Part shown: positions 15,259-27,615 of the stretch, piece after piece | Numbering within the stretch: position 1 is the first letter of the stretch | Layout of the letters: every line of letters starts with the position of its first letter | Program-made: the position numbers and the translations under genes | Source: the human T2T-CHM13v2.0 reference genome, Homo sapiens | Assembly (NCBI RefSeq): GCF_009914755.1 | Contig: NC_060929.1 | Length of the DNA: 64,000 nt | Reading direction: 5' to 3' (one strand) | The notes under the pieces: generated by a model | Told to the model about the DNA's origin: nothing | What the model saw: the letters and a program-made list of their open reading frames with translations, nothing else | Database searches by the model: none

Positions 15259-18200
15259 TGTGTGCATGGTACAGTGTGCTGACCTGAGGCCGTCATGCTC
15301 CTCCACACCTCAATTCTGCTCTGGAGAAGCTCAGAAAGGAGCCCCGAGGGATGGTTTTGGGGAGATTCCAGCAGCCAGCCCTCAGACAGCCAGACAGCTC
15401 ATGGGGGTTTGAGCCTGTCTTTGCCAAACAGGTTTTTATTTCACCCTCCTCCGGTCCTGGGGTTTCAAGTTTTCAGTGTTGCCTTCACCCCGCACTTTAT
15501 TCCTCTTATTACTTGGAAGTACCTTCCCTCCAGCATGGTGATCCCCTGCCTGTGTGCTGGACTTTTGAGTCCTCAGCACCAACCTGTGAAGTGGTTGCCA
15601 GCATAATCCCATTATGCAGATGAGGAGACCAAGGCCCAGGGAAGGGAGAACCACCAGCAGCACGTAAAATAGCTGAGCTGGGACTGGAACTCACACCTCC
15701 TGACTCTCAGTGACCACCACTGACAACAGCATAAGTCCAGGTTTTCCAGGCCCATCCCCTCTGTGCCAACCCACATTCAGGTTCCTTCCCCGGCTCCCGT
15801 AATCTCTGGCATCTAGAATATCCTCAGGACTCTGAGAGGTGGTATCATGTGGTTGTGGTGCCATTGCCCCCTACCTGTGTGGCCTGGGGCCAGTCATGTG
15901 ACCTCCCAGGGTCTCCTCTTCTGTAATAGGGAGATGACCGTCACATCTACTTCATGGGTCCATCGTGAGGATGAAATGAGATGATCTATATAAAATGCTT
16001 GGTACAACATTAGGTGGCCTTATTTTTATCCTGCCGTCTGGGACTGCTCAGGATCAATGCGCCAGAGAGCCTTTATTTGTGTCTTTCCCACAGGTGGGCT
16101 GGCCCACTTTCCTAGAGAATGGGACAGACCTCCTTCCCACCCACACCCATCTCTGCCAAGGCTGATTCACTCCAGCAGGCGGAGCTCATTTCACTTCATG
16201 GAACCAATGACCCAAAGATATATCCCCAGCACTACTGCTGGTCAGTCCACTGCTGCTGGGAATACAGCAATGGTAGTGGCAGACAGAGGCCCTCTCTTAA
16301 ATAGCTTCCAGTCTGAGGAAAGAGAGATATGACATCAATCCATTAAAATCATTCATCCATTGGTTCCACAAATATTTGTTGAGGGCTACCTATGTGCACC
16401 CCCATGTTAGACCCTGGGGAATAGACATGTCATTCTCATGAGGCTTCTCTACTGATGGGGGGGAAGAGAATTGTCAACCAGATAATGGCACTACAGCCTG
16501 TGTGTTCTTAGTGACTCTGAGGATAGCACTGTGGTTCTGTGACAGATAATGAAGGATTTGGAAGCAGGAATGCCCAGGAGCTCCCAGAAGTGGGAAGAGA
16601 TGAGAGGAATGGAAGGAACTTACCTGAAGGTGAAGGCATCAGGCTAGGGGACCAAGGGAGAAGGTGTCCTGAGAGGTAAGGCTTAACCTTGGGTGTGAAT
16701 TCAGTTCCCGTCACTCTCCCATAGCTCTGTCCTGCTGTTCCCACCTCCCCTGCAGCCATGCGGGCTTGGGCGGCTAGTGAGGGCCTTGCTCATGCTGGGT
16801 ATCCTATGCTATGCTTCACTTTGAGCACCTAAAATACACACACTGCACTTTACCAAGATGACCTCGGAAACCAAAGAGGTGATCAGCATAAGTTTTAAAG
16901 ACCCTTAAATTTAAAGTAAAAATCACTACAGGATCCATTATAAATGCCAAACACTAAGATGTGTGTTTCCAGTTCTCCCCTTCATTTGTCCCTGCCACTC
17001 CCTGCCCTGACTTTGCCCCACCCCCTAGTAATGTGGGCTCCACTCTATGCTCCAAACTCTCCCTGGAGAGAAATCCTCCCTGTGGTTGAGGACAAGGCGC
17101 AGCCTTCCCCTCCCACCAAAGAAGGTCAGATTCCCTTTTTTGGTTCCTAACCATCCATACCCCTTCTTTTCTCATGAAGACTCGGGCTAAGCATTCATTA
17201 GGGCTGCCATCTGGAGGATGGACCCTTAGAGCTGAGGGGCCAGCACTGTGTGTTTCCAGGGGTGGGTGATTTTGGGGAGGGAGGTGTGCCTCACCCCATC
17301 AGAAGGCCAGAGGGTAGCCCAAGCTAGAAGGAGGTTGCCCAGGCCTTGCCTGAGCCCTGACCACTGAGCCCCAACCAAGGAAATGGAAGGAGAGGAAGAA
17401 GGGGAATGGGCTCTTCTTAGTCCACTTCTGTCTTTGCTGTCACTCTGGGAATACAAAGCTTTCTGGGATGTAGAGAGGACTGCAAAGACCCTCAGCATTG
17501 GGCCCTGAGGCCTCCCAGGATGGGGTATGCCTTTCCCACACAGGGGACAGGGGTGGCCTAAACCTGGCCACATTGGCCAACTGAGAGGCCAGCTCAGCCA
17601 TGGGGCCAGAGAGGCCTGCTGTATTGGGCTATGCACCTATGTGCATTATTTTTTCTATTACTTGCACTGATACTATGACACAGGTAAGTACTATTAAAAT
17701 TCTCATTTTACTGCTGCAGAAATAGAAGCTTAGAGAGCTAAAGTAGTTTGCCAGGTCACAGAATAAGAAGAGGCTGAAACACAAATCCAGCCATTCTTAA
17801 CCACGCTTCTCCCTTCTGCTCAACTATACCAGAGGCCAGGAGGGGTAGTCAAGGCAGCCATGGACAAGCAGACATGAATGCCAGGTGGTCAGAAGGGCTC
17901 AAAACCCCCTACCCTCCAGAGAAGCCCCTGCAGGCCAGGTCTCTGCTTGCACAGCCTAGAACATAACTTGTTTCTATGGTGCCAGGGCATTAAGAATTAG
18001 CAATAGCCACGAGTGCCCCAGAACTCATGTCTGGAAAAAAAGAGAGGAAAATACCTCTGTGCTTGAAAGCATAATTCAGTGTTATGCTCTTAGAAGAGAT
18101 GCCTGGAATATTATGCTCAGAACTCTTTTCAAAGCCAGGAGAGAAAGTCATGGAATGAGGGATGGGCCCGAAGCCCTGTCCAGAGAAGTCAAATGAGGCC

Positions 18201-18318
18201 ACCTTGGGCCATCCCTATCTGGCAGGGAAAGAAACTCATCCATTCCAGAAAGCCAGAGAGCCAGCCCAGAGAATAAGTGGTGGGTGGAGAGGGGAGGAGT
18301 CTGGGACAACCTCTATAC

Positions 18319-18341
18319 ACACGCACATTCATTCACACACA

Positions 18342-18397
<56 letters not shown>

Positions 18398-18410
18398 CAT
18401 GCACACACAC
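18319..18410. repeat. (CA)n microsatellite with a ~27-unit pure core at 18343-18396.
   Basis: A direct cacacaca run. It produces spurious His/Thr and Cys/Val-rich ORFs on both strands. Confidence 0.97.
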
Positions 18411-18904
18411 CCCTGCATGGGAAACCGAAGACACAGCCTTAGGCAGAGAAAACAGGCACAGCACACCCACTTGTGGTTGGGGAGAGGACTCCAGGACCTG
18501 GAGGTGGAAGGCAGCAGCTGGAGCTCTGGCCTCAGGCCTGTTAGAGGAGGCTCCCTGGAGCTGCTACACCCTGTCACCCATGCAGGCCCTAACAGTCCCT
18601 GCAGTGCTGGAGCTCGCCATCACTTGGGGAGGCGATGGAGGTCACTGAGACCTGAAGAATGAAGAGGGTGGGGAAGAGAATTCAGTCTGAAGAACAGTGT
18701 CATAAAGGCTCTGAGAAAATGTGAGAGAGTTTTGTGTGGCTAGAGAGAAGAGAGACAATTCCTCTGGTGAGAGGTTTGGGAGCTAGACTGTACTGGGCCT
18801 CATAGGCTAAGTACTATCATAATTAGTATTAAGAATTTTAGACATTATCCTTAAGACAATGAGAAGCCACTGGAGGGTTTTAGTTGGGGGAGGGAGATAG
18901 AGAG

Positions 18905-20755
18905 GGGTGTGCAATGATCAGATATATATTTTATATTTAGTAAAATATACATGGCATAGAATTTACCACTTCAACTATTTTAAGTATACAATTCAGTGGT
19001 ATTCAGTACATTTCCCATTGTTGTGCAACCAATCTCTTCATCTTGCAAAACTGATCTGTTCCATTAAACATTAACTACCCATTCTCCCTTCCCTTCTGCC
19101 CTTGATAATCTCTGTTCTATTTTCTGTCTCTATGAATTGGAGTTCTCTAGGTATTTCATGTAAGTGGAATCAGTATTTGTTCTTTGCGACTGGCTTATTT
19201 CACTTAGCATAATATCTTCAAGGCTTATCCATGTTGTAGTGTGTGTCAGAATTTCCTCCATTTTTGAGGCTGAATAATATTCCATTGCATATGTATACCA
19301 CTCACTTTGTTTATTCACTCATCTTTTGATGTACATTAGGCTTGTTTCTACCTTCTGGCTCTTGTGAATAACGGTGCAATGAATGTGGGTGTACAGATGT
19401 CTGTCAGAGTCCCTGTTTTAAATTAGTTTGGTCCCTCTTTTAAATTAGTTTGGTTATACCCAGAAGTCGAATTGATAAATCATATGGTAATTCTATTTTT
19501 AATTTGGGAGTGGGGGGGGAATTGCTATAGTGTTTCCATTGTGGCTGCACTATGTTACATTCCCCCCAACAGTGCACAAGGATTCCAGTTGCTCCACATC
19601 CTCTCTAATACTTGTTATTTTCTGGTTTTTGGTAATAACCATTCTATTGAATGTGAAGTGATGTTTCATTGTGGTTTTGATTTTGTTTTGTTTTTTAATG
19701 ATTAGTGATGTTGAGCCTCTTTTCATGTGCTTATTGGTCATTTATATTTCTTCTTTGGAGAAATGTCTATTTGATTCCTTTGCCCATTTAAAAAATTTTT
19801 TTTTCTTTTTTAGTTATTACATTTTAGGAGTTCTTTATGTATTCTGATATTGATTCCTTATCAGATATATGATTTTCAAATATTTTCTCCCATTCTGTGG
19901 GTTGCCTCTTTACTCTGTTGACAGTGTCCTTTGATGCAGAAACATCTTTAATTTAGATGAAGTTCACAATATTTATTTATTCTTTTATTGCCTGTGCTTT
20001 TGGTGTCATGTCCAAGAAATCATTGCCAAATTTAATGTCATGAAGCTTTTCTCCTGTTTTCTTCTAAGAATTTTAGTTCTTACATGTAGGCCTTTTATTC
20101 ATTTTTAGTTCATTTTTGTATATGAAATAAGGAAAGGGCCCAACTTCATTCTTTTCCATGTGGCTACCCAGTTTTCCATGTGGCTACCCCGTTTTCCACG
20201 TGGCTACCCAGTGCTGGGAAAAGATTGTCCTTTCTCCATTGAATGATCTCAGCACCCTTGTTGAAAATTATTTGACCATACAGGCAAGGGTTTATTTCTG
20301 GGCTCTCTACTCTATGCCATTGGTCTGTATGTCAGTCTTTATGCCAGTACCACACTGTTTTGATTATTGTAGCCTTGGTGTAAGTTTTAAAATTAGTAAG
20401 TATGAGTCCTTCAACTTTGTTCTTCTTTTTCAAAATTGTTGTGGCTATTGGAAATTCCTTGAGATTTTGTATGAATTTTAGGGTAGATTTTTTTCTGTCT
20501 GCCAAATATATCATTAGGATTTTGATATGGATTATATTGAATCTGCAGATCACTTTGAGTACTATTGACATTTTAATAATAGTAAGTCTTCCAATTCATG
20601 AACATGGGATGTCTTTCCATTTATTTGTGTCTTCTCTAATTTATCTCAACAATTTTTTGCAGTGTTCAGTGTACAAGTCTTTCATATCCTTTGCTACATT
20701 GATTCTTAAGTGTTTTATACTTTGTGATGCTATTATACATAGAATTGTCTTCTTA
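18905..20755 (-). mobile_element. L1 LINE fragment, 3' end plus part of ORF2 (older L1M/L1P-type), read in antisense on the + strand.
   Basis: Hallmark antisense L1 3'-end strings, for example ...tctatgaattggagttctctaggtatttcatgtaagtggaatcagtatttgttctttgcgactggcttatttcacttagcataatatcttcaaggcttatccatgttgtagtgtgtgtcagaatttcctccatttttgaggctgaataatattccattgcatat... and gtggttttgatttt...ttctcccattctgtgggttgcc. The family was assigned by eye. Confidence 0.75.
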
Positions 20756-21903
20756 ATTGTTAAATATGTTTTTAAATGATTGTTTTGGTTTTTGTGTGGA
20801 AAGTGGGTTGAAGTGGAGGGTAGGAGTAGCAGCTGGGAAGCCAATTAGGAGGCCGTTACAGTCATCCAGGCAAGACATGATGGAGGACCAGGGTGGTGGC
20901 ACTAGAGATGGAAGGACACAGAGGAACTTGAGACATATTTTGGAGGTAGAACAGATAGGACTAGAATAGGGGTTGGAGGAGGAACATGAGAGAAAGGGAG
21001 GATTCAAGAACGGTACCAAGGTTTTTGCCTTAAACAGCCAGCTAAAGGGTTATGCCATTTTTTTTTTCCTAAAATTCAGAGCAGGGAAGAAGCTACTGGT
21101 AAAAAAAAAAAAAAAAGACTAAGAGTCTCCTTTGGATAGTTTAAGTTTGGAAAGCCAATTAAAAATCCAAGTGAGATGTTAAAAAAAGCTGTTAGATATT
21201 CAAACCTAGAGTCAAGGAAGAGGTCTAAGCTGAGATGGAGTGTTGGGGAGTTAGTACATATAGGTGCTATTTAAAAAGAGTGACTGGATGTGATCTCCCA
21301 GGGAGAGAGTGTAGAGAGAGAAGAGAGCCTGAGACAGAGCCTTGGGTAGCTCCAGCATTTGGAGATCTGGAAGAGGAAGAAAAACCTGCAAAGGGGTCTG
21401 ATAATATGTGTATGGAATCCTGGAAGTTGAGGAAGGATAGCCTTTTAAGGACAAGCATCAACTCAGATGAATTATTGATGTGTCCGATGGGTTTAGCCAT
21501 GTGCATGTCATCAGGAACCATGGCAAGAGCATTCTCGGGGGAGATGAGAGGACTGACTCTGGGCTGGGAGGAAAGGGGGCAGGAGAGAAGGATACATTTT
21601 CTGCTGTGAGTGCTTGAATGGATGCCATTTTTCAGGGATTGAGAACCCCACAGGCATATGAAAACCTGGAAGTCTACTTGTTCAGTCTTACCCTTCATGT
21701 CAGATCAGCAGCTCTTTCTTCTAAACCCCCGTACATGTGCCGCCATAGCCCTAAGGACTTATTTGGGTTAATTCCCTACTTCTTGTTTGGCCTTCCCTGC
21801 TAGGAGGTGAGCTGCTCAAAGGTATGTAGGGACTCCTCCGCCCAGTGCCTAGCATAGGGCCTGGCACACAGTACGTATTCAAAAAGTGTTATCTCAGAGC
21901 CTG

Positions 21904-21982
21904 GTTTCCAGAGAACAAATGGCTCCTTCAGTCAACAAGGTGTGTTTCCAGAGAACAAATGGCTCCTTCAGTCAACAAGGTG
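21904..21982. repeat. Tandem duplication of a ~40-bp unit, two copies (GTTTCCAGAGAACAAATGGCTCCTTCAGTCAACAAGGTG).
   Basis: Two near-identical adjacent copies separated by a single T. Confidence 0.9.
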
Positions 21983-23026
21983 GGCTCAGGCCCCTGTTGC
22001 TCTCTAAAAAAGGAAGAGGAGGCTTCTCCAGACCCTTGAGGTATCCTTCTGGGGTCTCTCACGCATGTGGGCTGGAGGAAGCCTGCAACCAGAGCTCTCC
22101 TCGGGTCTTCTCAGGAAAGCAGGGTGGCTTATGAGCATCACCATCCCCAGGGAAGCCTCCTGCCCAGCTATGTGTGCCTCGGTCCCCTCTGGCTAAGACT
22201 CCCTAACTGAGAAAGGTCACCCCTGGCTCAGCAGGCCCCAACTCAGAGAGAACATCTGGGCCCAGAGAACAGGTAAATGGCTGATGAGTCACACTGCAGA
22301 AGGGCTGCTTCATCTTTAGCAGGTGACTCCACCCTCTAACCCTTCTGGGGAGGAAGTTTCATGCTTGGAGGGTTTTTCCCCATTCCCAGGATCCTAATTC
22401 TATTAGAAGAAAGTCTGAGATTTGGAAGTAGCAGAGACAGAGGGGAAAGACTTATGATTAAATGTCCTCATTTGGGCGGAAATGAGTTTTTGAGTGAACA
22501 GATGGAAAACTACTCTCTTCTCCTGTCAGTGGGGCGGGTGAGTCCCTGCGGCTTCTTGGCAACAGCTTATGAATAATTCAAGTTCAAGGAAGCCATCTGC
22601 ACGCAGGGACCTTTCCCTGATGACCGCTCTCAGTTGGGCTTCCAGAATCGGAGGGTGAGGGGAAAAGCCCTGCTAGAGGGGCTGTTTTCAGCCAGCTTTG
22701 GAGTGAAGAAGGCTTGGTCCCTCCTACAGTGGAGGGAGGAGAAAAGAAGGGGTATAGGAATAAGCACTCCTGGGTCCTCAGTTGTTCAGTGATGCCTGAG
22801 AACTAAGGAAGAACGTGGTCTTTGAACAGCGAAGATGTAGCCTCAAATCCCAGCCCTGCTTTGAGAGGAATCACCTACAATCAGATCCTATTCACTTTTA
22901 GACTAGAACAGGATTCCTAATCTTCCTTAGGCCAGGGACTCCTGATAAAAGCCGTGGACCCTCTCCTCAGAAAAATGCACAGGTATCTACAATACACACG
23001 ATTTTGATGACCACTCTCCCTCGAGC

Positions 23027-23391
23027 TCTGTATTACTCCATTTTCATACTGCTGTGAAGAAATATCCAAGACTGGGTAAATTATGAAGAAAAAGAGGTTT
23101 AATGGACTCACAGTTCCACATGGCTGGGGAGGCCTCATAATCATGGCAGAAGGTATAGGAGGAACAAAGGCAAGTCTTACATGGCAGCAGACAAAGAGAG
23201 CGTGTGCAGTGGAACTGCCCTTTATAAAAGCAACAGATCAAGTGACACCTATTAACTATCATGAGAATAGAACAGGAAAAACCTAACCCCATGATTCAAT
23301 TACCTCACTGGCTTCCTCCCGTGACATGTGGGGATTATGATAACTACAATTCAAGATGAGATTTGGGTGGGGACACAGCCAAACCATATCA
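23027..23391 (-). mobile_element. MaLR LTR (THE1-like) solo LTR.
   Basis: The reverse complement begins TGATATGGTTTGGCTGTGTCCCCACCCAAATCTCATCTTGAATTGTAG..., the canonical THE1/MST LTR 5' end. The LTR 3' end ...GGTAATTTA/ACAGCAGTATGAAAATGGAGTAATACAG is also present. Confidence 0.8.
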
Positions 23392-25837
23392 AGCCCCTAT
23401 TCAAAATACATTTCATACAGACCTATGTGCTTCTTGCATGCACAGTACTATGTGCTTCTTGTGTGCAGTCAACAAGTCCTCTACCTTCAAAGCATCAAGC
23501 TTAGACATTGCACAGAGTAGGTCATGCATAAGCATAGAACAAGTAGGGCATCCAACTGCAGCCCAGTTTCTTTGCCTGCAACAGGGCATAGGGGCTGTCC
23601 CCCAATGGCGCAGTGGCAGCCTAACAGCAAGAGAGAAAAGAGAAGAGCCATAGTCAGGTGTGCTGTGGAAAGGCCCTCAGAGCTCACGGCACTGATTCGC
23701 TTAGTAAAGTATGCTGCAGAGGAGAAACGCTGTGATGTCAGCAATGTAGACGACATTTACTCCACAGGCAAAACTGTTTCAGTATCAGAGAATCCATGGG
23801 CTGGGAAACCCTGAGAACTTAACATGGAAGCACCTTCTTTATGGTTTATTATTTACATACTCGAGAGAACTCAACCAGGAAGGAAATCTTCAAACACATT
23901 TATCAATAGCCTATCTCTTTGTTTGAAGATCATAGAATTTACACAGCTGAATGATTAAAAATAAAAGTCCTTTTGTCATCTTTCTAACGAGATTTTAGAA
24001 AAATTGTATGTGTGAATTTAGTTTTATTTCCTAATGTTTCTATTGTGTTATTTTTAACTTTCAAATTCAACTTGAATTTCATTTCCTCTAAGTTGGAAAT
24101 TCAGGGTCTTAATGAATTAATTTCACATAGAAATTTTTATTCTACCGTCAGAAATGTATCAATTATTTGCCTATTCATTACATTGTTCTGCCTTCTTGGA
24201 GATATGTTTCATTATTCCTATCAGCTTGTGTCTCTGGGCTACAATATCTGTTCCTTTGATCTACATAACTGTGCTTGCACCTGGACCACACCACGTAAAT
24301 TGGTGTTAATTTAGTATCTTTTAATATCTCATACAGTCAGATCTCTTTGCTTTTGAAGATAACTTTTTTCTTTTTACAAAATTGACACTTTCTCCTTGTG
24401 GAAGTTTTAGAAAGTATAGGCAAGCAGAAAGAAAAAAGTAAACCATTATCAAATCACTGGAGCAGATTCTTTCAGATACTGTGTTTGAGGAAAACATGAG
24501 CATATATAATATATTGCAATCTTCCCCTATTGTGCTATAAGTTTCAAAATAAAAAGAAAATAGGTATTGTGGTAAGCAGAATTTTAAGATGGCCACCATG
24601 ACTTTTGCCCCACAGTGTTACTCTGTTGATAGCAAAAAGGAGATTATCCAGGTGGGCCCAATCAAATAGCAGCCTTTTAAGCAAAGCCTTTTCTCTCTGG
24701 CTGGTGGCAGAGGTGGAAATCAGAGACATTTGAAGCCTGAGAAGGACTTGGTACAAAGTTGCTGGTTTGAAGAAAGAGGGGTATGAGAAAAAAGAATGCA
24801 GGCAGCCTCAGGCCGACAGCCAGTGAGGGAATGGGGACCTTGGACCTTCAGCTGCAAGGAACTGGATTCTCCACTAACCTAAATTAGTTCGAAGAGGGAG
24901 TCTCCTCTCGCTCCTCCAGAGAGGAGACCTGCTGTCACTATGCCTGTGAGACCCTGAGTAGAGAATCTGGTTGAGTCCACCCAGAATTCTGACTTTACAG
25001 AATTATGAAATAATTGATGGGTATTGTTTTAAGCCACTAAATTTGTAGTAACTTGTTAGGCAACAGTAGAAAACTAATATAGGCCTTTAAACCAGTGGAA
25101 ATGCCCTTTGTCATGTTTCTTACTATATTCTTAAGAAAAATCATATTTGGGAATAAACCTGCAAATTTTGTTTCATTTTCTTCACTCTGCCTCTGCAGAG
25201 ACCTCTGAGTATATGGAAAGTCTGAGTCCTGGGCCAAGAGGGGTCTCTGGGCCTAGGCATCAGGGCCAGGCCCTGTGAGGCATTACTGTGAAGAAAAAGG
25301 CCCTTAGGAATCAGGGGGATTCCCCAGCCCTAAAACTGTCCCAGACCCACAGGCACCTGCCGAGAGCTAGGGTACAGAACTCCCCTGGGGCTCTGGTTGC
25401 ACCTTCTACCACATGCGTTCCTGGGCTTCTGCCCTGACAAGCTAGCTGACATCCTGAGGACATCCACACACACCAGGATGACATTGACTGACAAACTGTG
25501 ATCACCATCAGCTGGGCCTGTGAGATTCCACAGGGTCTTCTGGGAGTAAGTGTCCACTTTTGCATTTTAACGTATTGAAGGCTTCAAATTTCTGCTCCAA
25601 AGCAGTCAAGGGTGGCTCTAGGGCTGGCTGGAGAGAGAGAGAGAGAGACTGTGTAACAAAGGGCCCTGGATCGCCTCACACCCTCCAATCAAAGCCACTG
25701 CTTATTGAAGGCCTGGTTTGTACAAAGCCTCATTCTCACTAGTTTACACTCACGTTCTCATTTGTTATAATGTTTGTTTCCAGTTTACAGAGGAGAAAAC
25801 TGAGGCTCAGAGAGATTGAGTAATCTCTATGGACTGA

Positions 25838-26175
25838 ATGTCTGTGTCTACAATTCTTATGTTGAAAATGTAATCCTCACTGTGATGGTGTTTGGAGATG
25901 GGGCATCTGGGAGGTACTTAGGTGATGAGGGTGGAGTCTTCTTGATAGGATTAGTGTCCTTATAAGAATAGTGGAGAGAGCTTGCTTCCTCCCTCCACCA
26001 AGTGAGGCTACAGCAAGAAGGCAGCCATCCACACTTCAGGAAGAGGGCCCTTACCAGAAACCGAATTGGCCAGCACCTTGATCTTGCACTTCCTTGCCTG
26101 CGGAACTGTGAGAAATAAATTTCTGTTGTTTAAGCCACCCAACCTATGATATTTTTGTTACAGAGGCTTGAACTA
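25838..26175 (+). mobile_element. Ancient interspersed repeat fragment of the MER type. I recognise the motif ...GAACTGTGAGAAATAAATTTCTGTTGTTTAAGCCACCCA... as a common human repeat but cannot assign the family by eye.
   Basis: A characteristic repeat string that I recognise from many human loci. Confidence 0.4.
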
Positions 26176-27543
26176 AGACAGGAATTTACCCAAGGAAGCT
26201 TTGTTATATAAGTGATGAAGTCAGGATTCTAACTCAACTCTGACTCTAGGTTCTTTTAACCACTACCTTGGGAGGCCAATGAGAGGGTGTGCATTCAGCA
26301 ACAACACACAGAGAAGTGGTTCTCAATCCTGATTGCATGTTAGAATACTCCAAGGAGCTTTTTAAAATTCTGATACCTAGACCAGAGATTCTGATTTTAA
26401 TTGACCTTAAGGAAACCCAGTCCTCAGCAGTTTTAAAACTTCTCCCAGGTGATTTCAATATGCAGAGCAAACGTTCTCTAATATTACCATGCATCAGAAC
26501 CCCCTCAGAACCTCGTTACATATAAGATTTCTAGGCTGTACCTTGTCATCCTGTTTCAGTTGTGTAGGGAGGACCCCAGGAATTAGCTTCTTTAGCATAC
26601 CTCCCAGCTCAGTGTTTCTCAAACTTGTTCAGATGAAGATTCTGACTCGAGAGGTCTGGGATGGAGCTTCAGACTCTGCATTTCAAGCAAGTTTTCAGGT
26701 CACACTGCTATTGGTCTAGGGGCCACACTTTGAGTGGCAAATACCTCAATAGGTGTGGAAGAGCTGCCCTAGGCTAATGTTTCTAAAAGAGTGGTCCTGG
26801 GACTGGCAGCATCACCTGGGAACTTGTTAGAAATGGAAATTGGGAGACCCCCTCAGCCCTACTGGATCAAGAATTCAAAGAATGGTGTCCAGCTGTTTTA
26901 GAAAGTTCCCACCCCAGGTGATACAGGGTACAGTTTGGGAACCACCACCAGAGGGAGGGACCACATCTGCTGAGACAGCCACTCAGGGCAAGCAGAGTGC
27001 AAGTGTCTTAGAGGTCTCTTCTTTGCTCAAAGGCAAAACTCTGTTTCCCCAGGGGGCCCAGTCAGGTTGAGCAGTAAGAAGACTAGCGTCCTACCAGCCA
27101 CATCTGGAACTCAGCATGAATTCTTCAGTTTCCCAACAAGGTCAGGGACAGCCATGTTGGTATCATTATGTAAATATGCAAAAAGCAACATTCTTGAAGG
27201 AAAGCCCTTGACTTTGATTTTAATGAGATCTGGCTCAGTCCTCTCTCCAGATGTCTATTTACTGGCTTACCAACAGCTGCCAGGGAGATGCAATGCAGGG
27301 TTGATTTGTTTGTTTTCTCTCAATTTAATGCATCAGTTTCTGGAGCCTAAGTACCCATATCTGGAAAGCTGTGGGATTTCCATGGCCTGTGGAAATACAG
27401 AAAGTTAATACCTTCCTGAAAGGATGAGTAAGATTATCATTCTGAACATGTATTCATTTATTCATTCTTTCAGTAAACATGTATTGAATACCTGTTGTAT
27501 GCCAAGCACTATGCTAGGGAGAAATGATAATACCATTTATTGT

Positions 27544-27615
27544 GTTAGTGATATCTTTATCATTTTCTCATGATGTTTTTCTCATGGCTGTTTTCTCATG
27601 GCTGTTTTTCTCATG
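27544..27615. repeat. Minisatellite with a ~14-bp unit (TTTTCTCATGGCTG), roughly five copies.
   Basis: ttttctcatgatg/tttttctcatggctg/ttttctcatggctg/tttttctcatggcat/tttctcatggctg. Confidence 0.9.

Noticed and set aside
18162-18662. ORFs of 166 aa and 123 aa containing HTHTHT and CVCVCV runs.
   Set aside because: They are produced by translating the (CA)n microsatellite at 18319-18410 and are not coding.
26290-26880. Two similar ~200-bp segments (…GTGGTTCTCAATCCTGATTGCATGTTAGAATACTCC… / …GTGTTTCTCAAACTTGTTCAGATGAAGATTCTGACTC…CAGCATCACCTGGGAACTTGTTAGAAATGGAAATT…) that might be a local duplication.
   Set aside because: They are copies or fragments of a common ancient human interspersed repeat family, recognisable by the CAGCATCACCTGGGAACTTGTTAGAAATG motif. 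They are not a locus-specific duplication. The exact family was not resolved, so no feature was called.
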